The position numbers and the translations under genes are program-made. The notes beneath the pieces are model-generated. The model searched no databases. It was not told where the DNA came from and saw only the letters and a list, made by a program, of their open reading frames with translations. From NCBI GenBank assembly GCA_951406725.2, contig OX597814.1, positions 153,760,001 through 153,824,000 on the forward strand: a stretch of DNA of 64,000 nt. Direction: 5' to 3'. Shown here one piece after another: positions 11,896 through 24,426 of the stretch. How positions within the stretch are numbered: position 1 is the first letter of the stretch; the number at the start of each line of letters is the position of its first letter. The DNA comes from Octopus vulgaris. Taxonomy: Eukaryota.

Positions 11896-13345
11896 AACCT
11901 CTTCTGCTGTGTGTTGTTTGTGGTGAAAAATGTCTAGCGAAGGCATGCTATCCAGCAACTTCAAAAGACGTTTTACAACTAAACACTCACATCTTTAATG
12001 TAAAGATCCGGATTATTTCCAAAGACTGCCAGAACAGCAATCTAAACAAAGAAACTATTTTGAGAAAAGAATGAATGCCTCTGAAAAGGCTCAAGTTGCA
12101 TGTATTGATATAGCTGAAATGATTGCACTACAAATGAAATCACATACTTTAGCCAAGTCGGTTATCTTACCCACTTGTAGAAAGATGGTTAAAACCATGA
12201 TAGGTGATGAAGCCGAGCAAGAAATAAGGAAAGTTCTGCTCTCAAATAATACAATCCATAGGAGAATTATGGATTTATCTGCTTGATACAGAGGAAAATG
12301 TACAGAACAAACTTCAGGACTCAGAATTTGTTCTACACTTTGACGAATCAACTGACATTAGCAACAACGTATAATTATTTACATTTATTCGCTTTATTGA
12401 TGGTAACCAAATCATAAGTCAGTTCTTATGTTGCAAAGAAATGCCACTCATTACAAGAGGTCAAGATATTTTTGACATTTTATCTGACTGCCTCGAAAAA
12501 TGGAATTTATCCTGGAATTCATGTGTTGGAATATATACCGATGGGACACGCCATCTATGATAGGCTCTATTAAAGGTTTTGTATCGCTCATAAAATAACA
12601 AAATCCTGATTTTTTTTATTAGCCACAAGGGCCCAAATCCTAATGTTATATGTACGCGTTGCTTCCTACATAGGGAGGTACTAGTTGCAAAAATAATATC
12701 AGTTGAGTTAAAGCAAGTATTAAACCAAGTTGTTGAAATGGTTAATTATATTAAAAGTAGGCAGTTGAAGTGTCGCTTATTTGAACAAATTTGTGTTGAT
12801 ATAGATTCCCAGCACAAGCGCCTACTTTTACACACAAAAGTCAGATGGCTCTCAAATGTAAAGGTGGTATGTCGCATACATGAACTCCAGAAGGAACTGC
12901 ATACATTTTTTAAAGAAGAAAAACATGAAAGCTTCTTGGAATATCTACAATGTGAATTTTGGGTTTCAAGCTGGAATATTTAACAGCGATATTTGCACAA
13001 CTTTAAGCATCAACACAAGTATGCAAGGTAGAGATGAAAACATTCTCCTCACTTCGACAGATAAGTTGGTTTTATTTAAAAGAAAGTTGTAATTTGGCAA
13101 AATAGAGCTGAAGGTGGTAACTTCAAAATGTTTCCCTTAATACATAAAAGCTGCGTAAAAGAAATGACTCCTATTGTGTTTGAACATTTGACAAATCTGG
13201 AAGAAAAAAATAAACTTTTATTTTCTGTCATTGAACCCAGAAGAGTATAATTGGGTTCAAAATACGTTCATAAAAATTCCATCTAGTATTGGTCTGAAAA
13301 TATGTGAAGAAGAGGAACTGGCATCTATGTCCAGTGATCGCGGCT
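11896..13345 (+). pseudogene. hAT/Buster (ZBED5/FAM200-like) transposase pseudogene with stops and frameshifts
   Basis: Fragments PLLLCVVCGEK, KSHTLAKSVILP, LSNNTIHRRI, FDESTDIS, VGIYTDG, CFLHREVLVAK, MVNYIKSR and LLLHTKVRWLS are the canonical Buster motifs (DE.TD, CxxH, HTEVRWLS). Confidence 0.92.
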
Positions 13346-13420
13346 GTCATCTGAGTTTGTTAATTTCTGTAAAAAAATTTTTTTATTTATTTACTTTTGT
13401 TCTAAAGTGAAAGGGAGGAG

Positions 13421-13622
13421 AAAGTGAAAGATGTATGTGGAATCTTTTCGTTTTGATGTGTATATGAAATGGACGTGTGTGGGGGAGGGAGAGAGAAAGA
13501 GAGTGGGTGAACGTGTGTGTTCTCAAGTATGTTTAAGTGGCACTCACTCACTCTCACACAAACACACACACACACACACACACACGTCCATTTCGTGTAC
13601 ACGTTCATACATCTTTCACTTT
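13421..13622. repeat. Small inverted-repeat element within the hAT 3' region
   Basis: AAAGTGAAAGATGTATG...GAAATGGACGTGTG vs CACACGTCCATTTC...CATACATCTTTCACTTT. Confidence 0.65.
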
Positions 13623-13941
13623 AAAACGAAAAATAAATATTAATAAAAATTTTACGGAAATTAACGAAGAAAACAGCTGATCATTGACAACTTTGCAAGT
13701 TATAATAAAACAGTCAATTTTAGAATCTATGTACAAAGTGCGCCAAAATATTTTGACTTCTTGTAAGGTGCACCGGGAGTAAAAAAAAAAATTGTTTGGG
13801 GTCACTGTACTAACTACTAGACTATTTTGCCAGCCTTTTAACAATATTTATGGAGCTTAGTATAGTTATTTTCTGTGAACATACAGTCTATCTTTATTGC
13901 TAATCTGTTAATGACTTTACAGAAGTCATTGTATATCAAGT

Positions 13942-14186
13942 GTGGAGGCACATGGCTTAGTGGTTAGAGCAGTGGACTTGCGGTTGAGGGATTGCAGGTT
14001 CGAATTTTAGACTTGGCGATGTGTGTGTTTATGAGCGAAACACCTAAGCTCCACGCAGCTCCGGCAGAAGGTAATGGCAAACTTCTGCTGACTCTTTCGC
14101 CACAACTTTCTCTCACTCTTTCCTATACACCAAGGAAACTGGGAAACCAGCCCTATGAGCCAGGAGTGGCTTGAGAAGGAACAAAC
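13942..14186 (+). mobile_element. tRNA-derived SINE, family D (internally deleted)
   Basis: A box TGGCTTAGTGG and B box GGTTCGAATT. Homologous to 53965-54270 but lacks its CTGCATCCTGCAGCTCACCTGC...CCCATCCAGG segment. Confidence 0.8.
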
Positions 14187-14339
14187 ATTGTATATCAATT
14201 CAAATGTACCAATTATAAATGGAATGACATACACACACTCCTTAACTGTAAAACATACTTTTAGGTTGGGGGAAACTCCCCATCTTTTCAAGCTTACTTC
14301 TGTGCAATATTAGAGTTATTTGGTCCTACTATGTCGATT

Positions 14340-14710
14340 ATGACCACCACTTGTTGCAAGATTCTATGCCTCTAACCTTGAGATTCATGTCAGAGGAGTG
14401 TAAGCTCCACAAATGGCCACCCAAGCTAGACAGGTCAAAGGATAGAGGCCAGAGTAAATGGACCATCTCTTCCCCCCCTACCTATGAAAAAGCAAAGTTA
14501 CAGAAGCATTGATAACAATTCAAAACCAAGAAGACTTAGGAGAGGAAAGCCTTTCCTCAGGAAAACATGTGAACCTACGAGGGAGGCAGAAGAGAGGATA
14601 CCTTAAAAATAGTCAGAGGTGAGGTGCTCAAGCATCTAACTAGAGAGAAGCTGAGAAGACAGCCCAGTGAAGAAAGTTGGCAATGGGACTAAATGATAGC
14701 AACAACAATA
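14340..14710 (+). mobile_element. RTE/BovB-like 5' UTR-derived element (decayed)
   Basis: GGCCACCCAAGCTAGACAGGTCAAAGGATAGAGGCCAGA resembles RTE-BovB 5' UTR sequence. A second copy is at 31030-31320. Confidence 0.5.
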
Positions 14711-15754
14711 GTGAGACAATGGAAGACTCTATGTGGTTACTTAATCTGCTAGATATAGAAGCTAGATCTCCCTCAAATCATACCTGTTGTCTTAAAAACA
14801 GGAAGACTATACTGTATAATGTAGTCATAGATATACTATGCTTGAAAAAAATAATATCAGAATGAGCATGCCTGGAATGCCTTTGATCATAGATCTGCTT
14901 AATAAAATCTGATCTGGAACTAAAGATGGACAATATGCCACTAACGATTCTGCCAGCTCGGTGCCCTGATTATTAACATACTGCTATACAGACACCATAA
15001 CATGCAAACATACACAGGCACAACAACAACATCAACTGCATCAGGAACAGCAATATTAGTCAGTGTAGTTGGTGATATACAAAAAGACAGGATAGTTATG
15101 ACTGGAATGCCTTTATAGCCATCATATGTTGGTCTGTTCTATCAGAGCCAGCCAAGGGTTAAAAAAGAACAACTAAACACTCTTAAGAAAGCAGAGATGG
15201 TCTGCATTGGTAAAAATTGGTTAATGAAATTTTCCAAATTCAATAAATTTACGTGCTATGAGGAAGAATGAATTCTGAAGTTTTAGGAAGAGGTTGTTTG
15301 TTGGAGAGGAAATGAAGACGAGTGTATTGGATGGCAGTAAATAAGATTGAAGGGTTTAAGAAAAGAGGGTTAGTTGGGGTGGAAGATCACAGGCCAAAGT
15401 GATAAAATGAAAACTGGGGAGAGGAAAGAAAGTGGAGAAGGAAAATATTTGAAGAATTCCTCAGTAAACATACAATGATAGCACAATGCCATATATACAC
15501 ACACAGACACAACAATATATACACACACACACATGTGTGCATGTATATATATATATATGTGTGTGTGTGTGTATATATGTATATACATTTACATACACAT
15601 AAGATCAGATATACATAGACACAACATATACATAAACACACACACAAGTAGGTACAACAACATACACATATGCACACATGTATACATACACACATACTCA
15701 TATCTATACATATAGGCATATGCATAATACACACACACACACACCCACACACAG

Positions 15755-16315
15755 AAGCATGGTTAAGAAGCTTGCTTCCCAGCCACATGCAGCCATGTGG
15801 TTTCAAATTCAGTCCCACTGTGTGGTATCTTTAGCCAGTATCTTCTACTATAGCTTGAAGCCAAACAAAAGCTTTGTGAGTGGAATTGGTAGACAGAAAC
15901 TAAAAGGCAGCGAACTGGCAGAATCGTTAGCACGTCGGGTGAAATGCTTAGCTGTATTTCTTCTGCCGTTACATTTTGAGTTCAAATTCTGCCAAGGTTG
16001 ACTTTGCCTTTTATACTTTTGGGGTCGATAAATTAAGTACCTGTTATGCACTGGGATCGATGAAATCGACTTAATCCCTTTCTCTGTCTTTAGCCCCTTG
16101 TGGGTAGTAAAGAAATAGGTATTTCGTCTGCCGCTACGTTCTGAGTTCAAATTCCGCCAAGGTCGACTTTGCCTTTCATCTTTTCGGGGTCGATTAAATA
16201 AGTACCAGTTACGCACTGGGGTTGATGAAATTGACTTAATCCCTTTCTCTGTCCTTGTTTGTCCCCTCTATGTTTTTATTCCTTGTGGGCAATAAAGAAA
16301 CTAAAAGAAGCATGT
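15755..16315 (+). mobile_element. Family A SINE head interrupted by a family B SINE partial dimer (15904-16300)
   Basis: The family A head stops at AGAAACTAAAAG and resumes after AGAAACTAAAAG at about 16297 (TSD-like). The insert is a family B monomer plus a second 5'-truncated monomer. Confidence 0.8.
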
Positions 16316-17789
16316 AATGCAAGTGTGTGTGTGTGAGAGAGAGAAAGACTGTGTTAGTGTCTCCTTGTCTTGACACTACATGATAGTTATAAACGAGTGT
16401 CAGTCATACAAACTGTCCATCGTTCCCAATCTTCTGTGAAAACACATCTAGCCACAGGAAATATTACCTTGTTTGGAAACAAATGAGGGTAGGTGAATGG
16501 AAGAGCATCCAGCTTGAGAAAATCTACTTTGAAAAATTCCAAGCATGGAAAAGTGGAAGTTGAAATGATGATATACATATACATGCATACATACACCCAG
16601 AAGCCATCAAGAGAACACATACCAAGCTGCTTGAATTGTGAGAAATGACAACAAAATTACTCTCATATCTCACCTTAGGAAAAAAAGGACACAGTGTATT
16701 GTGCAGTCTGAACAACACTATACCTGGAATAAAAATGACTGAATAAACTTGGTTGGAATGATTTGATCAGGCTTGACTTGAACTAAACAATAATAATCAC
16801 TGATACATCAGTGAATGTATATACAAATGTACATGTAAGTGTATATGTATGTGTATACATCAAACTTTAATATCACATAGACACACACAGACAAACACAC
16901 AGTTACCATAGCAAATACACAATACAGAAAGTTTGGAATGAGAAAATGGTTTAAGAAGGTAGGTGGAGGAAAGATGTTATAGAGGAAGGATTAAGAAATG
17001 TGTGAGGAGAGGAACATCATTGGTGAAGAAAGTATATTATGTAATGGTTAGCAGCAGGGAAATAAAGAAGACGAGAATATACATGGGTAAGATACACAAA
17101 CAGAGAAATGTGCATGTGCACACATGTGCACACCAGCATGAATGCTGGAATGTAAAAAAGAAAACGAAAAAGACATCAAAGCATCCAAAAATGAAAAGGA
17201 AATGGATGTGTTGTGTGGAGGAGAGGAGGACGAATTTTGAGAAAGAAAAGCATTAAGTTAATGTCAGAAGAGGTAAACAGCAAAAGGGAAGCTAACAGAC
17301 ATCTAGCTATGTTTGTGTTGTGTGTATGAGTGGTATGAGTTTCTGTGGTGTTAAATAACAACCCACCCCACCAGAGACAGAAAGTGTTTTGACAAATTGA
17401 AATGTTGATTCAATGAGGGGAATATGAAGATACTTATGGAAGTAGCCCTCTAAATAGTGCCCTTTTTTGACATATTTACAATACAGAATGTTATGCAGCT
17501 CTTGTTGTTTAGTCTTAGTTGTTTAGTCCCCAGAGTCAACACTGGTAGAGCAGATTTCTGATCTATAGCATCCTTGCTGTGACCATTCCATCTATTTTTA
17601 TATATTTCAGGTCCTGTATATCTAGGATTATAATACCTAAAGTACACTCACTTTTAAAAGGATAGTGAATGATTTAAGGGAGAGTTTGGTTGCTATTCCC
17701 AGTAGGTCAACTAACCACATACTGACTACATGATTAACTTTATGTCTAATTTATTAAGTGGAGATGGTGTGTGCATGTGTGTGTGCGTG

Positions 17790-18275
17790 TGTGTGTAGAC
17801 ATAGTGGGTTTGTAGTCTACAGAGACAGTATAGTGTTGTTAGTTGGAAGAGAGTTGTCGGAAGAAAAAATAGAAATGCAGGAGACACTGACAATGAATTT
17901 CAGTGGTGGGTAGTGACTGTTTATGAAAGAGGTAAAGCTGATGTGGCTCTCCTTGAAATGAGCAAAAGACACTTGGGTATGACCAGTGAATTAGGTACAA
18001 ATGCAGAATCAATATAACCTCCAGAGAAGTTAGTATAATTGAAGACTATCTTGGTTTCAATAGCTATTCTGTTAACCTTATGATGCAGCTCACTAGAGAA
18101 GGAAAGCTGGCTGAGGTAGGGAATGTGGTGGAATTGGGTTCAAGTATAGGACAACATTCAGATAACTATTTTAAGGCAGTGTCATTAAGGAAAATGATAA
18201 TACCTAAAGATTCTACATTGATGGTGAAGAAAAGACAGGAATTCAGGTTGAAACTTTCTAAGTATTGTAAAGGTT
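17790..18275 (-). pseudogene. Decayed Penelope-like element reverse transcriptase
   Basis: Minus-strand fragments FFTINVESLGIII, IAIETKIVFNYTNFSGGYID, FINSHYPPLKFIVSVS and SVDYKPT occur in the same order as PLE RT motifs LFTMDVxSLYT, VAMGTKMGPSYAxLFVGYVE, FxNxFHPxLKFT and VYYKPT. Confidence 0.65.
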
Positions 18276-18497
18276 AAATAAGTACTGGGGCACCTATATA
18301 CATACATTTAGAAATTTCTCAACCCATGCTAGCATGGAAAACGGACACTAAACGATGATGATGATGATGATGATGATGATGTTTTCTACTTCATTGCTCT
18401 GGTCTATAACTTAGCACCATTTACTCTATCTGGTTGTCTCTCTCTCTCTCCATTGTTTTCTTACTTTCTTCCACATTATTTACAACTATCGAACACA

Positions 18498-18596
18498 TTT
18501 CTTATTTCTTCTTTGAAGAATAGGCCCTACTTGAAACAACAGAATGAACTTATTCAATTATGCAGACATCATTATTTTAGCAAACTGACGAACTAA
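18498..18596 (+). pseudogene. Possible C-terminus of a Penelope-like GIY-YIG endonuclease
   Basis: Frame reads FLISSLKNRPYLKQQNELIQLCRHHYFSKLTN*, resembling the LNKRxELxxxCRH ending of some PLE endonucleases. Short match only. Confidence 0.4.
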
Positions 18597-19250
18597 ATGG
18601 AAGATGGTTTGAATTTTTTGATTGAGGGAAATTTCGGCATGAATTTAATCAGTCACCATTTAATATCAACTGATATCCAATTAAGATAATATCATTTCCT
18701 GATTGTATAGCCTGAAACAAACAATGTCTCAGTACAGCAAAACCCATTCCTATCAATCAAGTGATGCTTGGTGTCAGCTGACAGATCTACTTTTAGAACT
18801 ATAAATATTCTTTTATGTGAGTTTTATCCATTATTTCTTGTATCAAAAGCAAAAAAACATACTCAATAAGGACTATATTTACAGAATGACAGGCTTTGCA
18901 AGGTAGCATCTCTTTTGTGAAGGGGGAAATGGGCCAACTGTACAACATCATCATCTTTTCCCTTCAATAACATTGGTTGAATGAAGTGGGGAGCCTTGTT
19001 TGCAGAAGCAACTTTTAGTCTTCCTTTAAAAAGAGCTTTGCCCTGGCCTGTGCATATAGGTGTGGATATACAGCTAACTCTGACTGATGGAGGCCTCTAG
19101 GATAAGACAAAAACTTAGTGATAAGGAAAGATGGATATTAGAAAGATGAGAAAGTATGAAAGGAGTAGAAAGTAGCAGATGGAGACTTAACAGTCTTATT
19201 GAGCAAGAGACCCAAATTTAGATATATCATAGTTTCTAGTTTCCATTACT

Positions 19251-19508
19251 TCTTTCTTTCATCGCCCTTTTCAAGCTTAGCCAGGCTCATGGGCCCGGTT
19301 TCCCGGTTTCTGTGGTGTATGTATTGCCCAGCTGGATGGGACACCAGTCCATCGCAGCATTACTCATTTTTGCCAGCTGAGTGGATTGGAGCAACGTGAA
19401 ATGAAGTGTTTTGCTCAAGAAAACAATGCATTGTCCAGTTCAGGAATCGAAACCACAATCTTACGATCATGATGCTGACACCCTAACCACTAAGCCACGT
19501 GCCTCCGC
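19251..19508 (-). mobile_element. tRNA-derived SINE with family E-like head and family D-like tail
   Basis: A box TGGCTTAGTGG and B box GGTTTCGATTCC. 13-bp TSD AGTTTCCATTACT at 19238-19250 and 19509-19521. Confidence 0.85.
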
Positions 19509-19544
19509 AGTTTCCATTACTACTACCATTTTTTGACACGTATG

Positions 19545-19800
19545 CAGAAGTAGAAAAGTCTTTTTCCAATACTGGATATAGCAAACCATCATTATCTTTT
19601 GTTATCTTTATAGGCCTCACCGTCATCAGTTTGGCTTTCACTATCTCATCCCATGACTCGCTTAATCTCCTTCTTTCAGAGCTTCTATCTATTCTGAGTA
19701 TCCTGCACTTCTTTATACACCTATCATTCTTCATACACATGACATTCACATACTAGCACAGACTTCCATCTTGCACACTACATCTGATTCTTCTTGTATA
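19545..19800 (-). mobile_element. Decayed RTE ORF C-terminus
   Basis: NVMCMKNDRCIKKCRILRID...SWDEIVKA aligns with HVARMDEDRSVRKCQSLAVE...TWDEVVKH. Confidence 0.65.
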
Positions 19801-20114
19801 AAGTGTTTTTCTTTCAGTTTATTTGTAAACTATCATTCATATACAGTGCCTTCATTGCATATCAAACAAATCATCAGCATCACCATTTAAAGTGTCCACT
19901 TTTCCACAGTTGTATGGATCAAACTGAATTCATTGATGCAGATTTTCTACAGTCAGATATCCTTCTTGTTACCAACCCTCACTTATTTTTCTCAGGAGAC
20001 AAGAAACAAACGATATTGTTTGTATGATCATTTACAACCATCATGTGACATTAAGACAAAGGTTCACACAAACACACACAGACATATATAAAAACACACA
20101 CACACACACATAGA

Positions 20115-20334
20115 TATGAGCAGGTGCTGAAAAGTTCCTGGTCTTGGGTAAAAGAAAACATAGGGTATTCAGTTAAATGTTATTTTATTGCACATATTCT
20201 CCTCTCAGATTGACAAACTTAGTGCAGCAGTTCTTCAATTTTCCTAAACCCTGTAAAAGAATATAGAAGGTTGGGCCACCAACCAGGCTTTCACAATACC
20301 CTTAAATCCAGGAATTTTTCAGCACTCCCTCGTA
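20115..20334. mobile_element. Tc1/mariner-type MITE
   Basis: TIRs TA-TGAGCAGGTGCTGAAAAGTTCCTGG / CCAGGAATTTTTCAGCACTCCCTCG-TA. Second copy at 56924-57143. Confidence 0.8.
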
Positions 20335-20732
20335 CATATATATACATATCGCTGACTTCATTCTGTTTCTGCCAACCAAATCCACTCACAAGACTTTGGA
20401 TGGCCTAGGGTTACAGTAGAAAACTCTTGCCCAAGGTGCCATGCAGTGGGACAGAACTCCAGACCACATGATTGAGAAGTAAATTTCTTGACCACACAGC
20501 CACACACAATATCAATTCCATGAATTAATATGATTTCTACTGACCTAGTTTACACTGCACTGACAGTAGAAGTTTTGTGCCATGAAACTTTAACCTTTAT
20601 TTTATTCAAAGAAATCCTTCTCCAAGAAACCCCACCCCCACAAAAAATAACAACAAAATCAAAAGAAAAGAAAGGTAAAAATACTGGCCGGTGATCTGAA
20701 AAGTATGTTGTATCTGTGATACCCTCTAATTG

Positions 20733-21146
20733 TCATCATCATCATCATCATCATCGTTTAATGTCCGCTTTCCATGCTAGCATGGGTTGGATGATTTGAC
20801 TGAGGACTAGCGAACCAGATGGCTGCACCAGGCTCCAATCTGATCTGGCAGAGTTTCTACAGCTGGATGCCCTAACACCAGCCACTCCGAGTGTAATGGG
20901 TGCTTATACGTGCCACTGGCATGAGGGCCAGTCAGGCAGTACTGGCAATGGCCACGCTCAAATGGTGTTTTTTACATGCCACCTGCACAGGAGCTAGTCC
21001 AGCGGCACTGGCAACGACCTTGCTCGAATGTTTTTTCATGTGCCACCGGCGCAAGTGTCAGTAAGGCGACACTGGTAACAATCACACTCGAATGGTGCTT
21101 CTTACATACCACCAGCACGGAAGCCAGTCAACTGTTCTGGCAACGA
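20733..21146 (-). mobile_element. Family C retroposon 3' end with diverged ~60-bp repeats
   Basis: (CAT)n tail, GCTTTCCATGCTAGCATGGGTTGG, and repeated GTGCCAC...GGCA units. Confidence 0.8.
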
Positions 21147-21679
21147 TAAATAAATTCATACAATTCAATACTAATATCAATTTACACGAAAAGAACAAAA
21201 TTTGAATTAAACTGTATTTAGGTACAGTCTGAAAAATTTTATTTATGAGATGTCATTATCATCATCATCATCATCTTAGGCATTCATCACTATCATTATT
21301 TATCCATGTTTGTATGGCGAGATAAAATTCACTGAGGCCAATTTTCCAAGGCCCAACACTTTTTTTGTTGCCAACCATCACCTGTTTCCAAACAAGGTAA
21401 AATTTCCCCTACCCCTTTGAACACAACCAGCACAAAGACTGGTGCAAGAAAAATTGCAAACAAACAATACTGTTTGTATAATTGTGATGTTTGTTTACAA
21501 TTAGCATGTGATGTCAAGACAAGTATACATGAGCATACCCCCCCCCAACACACACACACCTTCATTATCATCATTGCTTTAACATTAACTTTTCTATAAT
21601 TGCAATAGTCAGACAGAATTTATTGAGGCAGATTTTCTGCAGCCAAATGCCTTTTTGGACAAACTGACCCCAGTGTTTC

Positions 21680-22076
21680 TTTTATTTCTTTTACTTGTTT
21701 CAATCATTTCACTGTGGCCATTATGGAGCACCACCTGGAGTCAACAAAATCAACCCCAGGACTTATTCTTTATAAGCCTAGTACTTATTCTGTCAGTCTA
21801 TTTTGCTGAACTTCTAAGTTATAGAGACATAAACACAGCATCTTTTGTCAAGTAATGGTGGGGGGGGGACAAACACAGACACAAATACATACACACACAC
21901 ACACATACACACAATGAGCTTCTTTCAGTTTCCATCTACCAAATCCACTCACAAGGCATTGGTCAGCCCGAGGCTATTTTAGAAGACACTTGCACAAGGT
22001 GCCACGCAGTGGGATTGAAGCCAGAACCATGTGGTTGGGAAGCAAGCTTCTTACAACACAACCACTCCTGCACCTA
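21680..22076 (-). mobile_element. Family A SINE (tRNA head, CORE-like segment, internal CA/TA microsatellite)
   Basis: Reverse complement of the 62449-62858 copy. Confidence 0.8.
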
Positions 22077-23488
22077 TAAGCACTTCAGTGTTTGTCTTTT
22101 CAATTCTTGTACCTATTCTGTCAGTCACTTTTGCCAAACCTCTAACTCATGAGGACATAAATAAACCACCAGTTGTCAAATGGTGGTGGGGGACAAACAT
22201 AAAAACACAGACACACAGACACACACACACAAAAAAACAGATTCACACAATTTCTATCTACCAAATTCACTCACAAGGCATAAGTCAGGCCACAACTACA
22301 GCTGGAGATGCCCAAGGTGTATCACAGTGGGACTGAACCCAAAACCACATGGTTTGCAAAGTGAGCTTCTTAATTACACAAAGATTCTAACGACAAAAAT
22401 TGCTATGGTGATTATATGTCTGAACATTAGAATCAAAGTAATTCTTTGCCTTCTTTGATTACACGTCATATAATATATTGATTTCTAGTATTTCCAATGA
22501 TTTTCAACTAGAAAATCCTTGATATACAACCTTACATGATAACTCTGATAAAACTTTTCTTACTTAGGGAAATTAAACAAGATTACTTTTGTTTTAAATA
22601 TAAAAATATCTTATTTCAACTTACTGATAACTTAGAATATTTATTACACATATTTTTATTTTTTTTTTTATATACAAATTTTTAATTTAAAACTTCAGAA
22701 ATAGAAAATGTTTGCAAAATAATATAAATGTGCAAAATTATTGAAATTTTCAAATTTTCAAAGACCCAAACAAGTGTGAAAAATAAAATTTCTGTCAGCA
22801 TTACTTACAAAAATACAAATTTAAAATAATTTTTGCTTGAGCTATTTCTCTATTTTTATCTATTTATTCATTTATTTGCTTAGTTATTTTAGATATAACC
22901 CATTTTTATTCCTTCTCAATAAAGTTAAAACTTTAAATCTTCAAACGACTGAATAAACGGTTATTGTTTTGAGAAATAATAATTTATGTATTATTTTTAT
23001 ATTATTCTTATATTATTGAAATAATATTTGGCATGGTCATTTTACCATGAAGAAAGTATAAAAAGAAACACAATAAAATTATGAAAAAAAAGAAGAAAAA
23101 TTGGAAAGTGAACATTGTAATTCACGTAATAATTAAATACAAATTAAAAAACAAATATTTGATTTTTCTATAATAAGAAATTGAAATTAGTTGAAAATGT
23201 CTGTTAAGTTTTAAAGTAATGAATTAGCTTCACTAATTTATAAAGTTATAAACACAAGATGTGTATGTGTATGTGTGTGTGTGTACATATATATACACAC
23301 ACACATATAATTTATATTTATAACTAAAGATATATGTGTGTGTGTGTGTGTGTGTATGAATATACATATGAATGTGCACAGGTGTATAAATGTACATTTA
23401 AACTAAAGGCGGGCTTCAGAGAGGTGTATATTAGCGAATGAATACACCTTTTATACAAAAATAACAATTGTGTGTGTCTATATGTATG

Positions 23489-23546
<58 letters not shown>

Positions 23547-24426
23547 ATATATACTATACTCTGCCTAATGTCTTGAGTCTTCTATCTTCCTTTTGTAACC
23601 TAGCATGTATGTGTGTGTGTGTCTGTAAATAAATATTTAAAAATTCAAATATTTAAGAATTCCAACTCAAATAATATGAATTAAATCCTCCAATGATTAG
23701 AAAGGGTATTAAATAATAACTATGGAAATATTCTTAGGGCGAATCTATTCCAAATTAAATTAAATCAAATCTTTCCTTAGAAAACAAAACAAAGCAAAGT
23801 AAAAAAAAAGTTATCATTTAGAAATCAATATTAATAATAATAATAATATCATTGTTGTTTTTATTATTATCATCATCCCTTCAATGTGTGATAAATTAAT
23901 ACAGAATTTAAATTGAATACTAATATTTTAGGAAAAGGAGAAAATATTTCAATAAAATTTGATAAAATAAATGCCACACATATCAAAGCATTCAAAATGG
24001 TTATTTAGATAATGAAAATTTTTTTTTATATAATCTTGCTCCAATAATTATATTTGTTATCAGAAAAATACATTTTATATATAAAACAGGAATTTATAGT
24101 TTTCTATTGATTAAGATTTAGATTATTTCAATTTCTTTATCAGAAAATCTAATCCCAGTTTGGTCTTTTAAATATGAGCAAGAGATCGGGAATTACTCAC
24201 CACACAAAAACTAACAATTATACTGCAAATGATAGGGATATTAGTGTGATTTATTATTTTGCTATTATTGTATGCAAAGAATTTTAAATTCATTTTTTAG
24301 TAATCACTACTCTGAAACCCACATTTAGTTTAAAAGCACATTTAAACCACACACACACACACACAGAGTATATTTCTCTTCAGCATTATCACCCTTTAAC
24401 ATTCATTTTCCATACTGGCATGGGTT

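Larger units (their letters stand above)
9097..13807 (+). mobile_element. Full-length decayed hAT transposon (Buster/Charlie group) with nested insertions
   Basis: TIRs CAGCGGTTCCCAAAC (9097) and GTTTGGGGTCACTG (ends 13807). Identical 8-bp TSD TACTAACT at 9089-9096 and 13808-13815 with central TA, typical of Buster. Internal transposase remnants are present. Confidence 0.92.
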
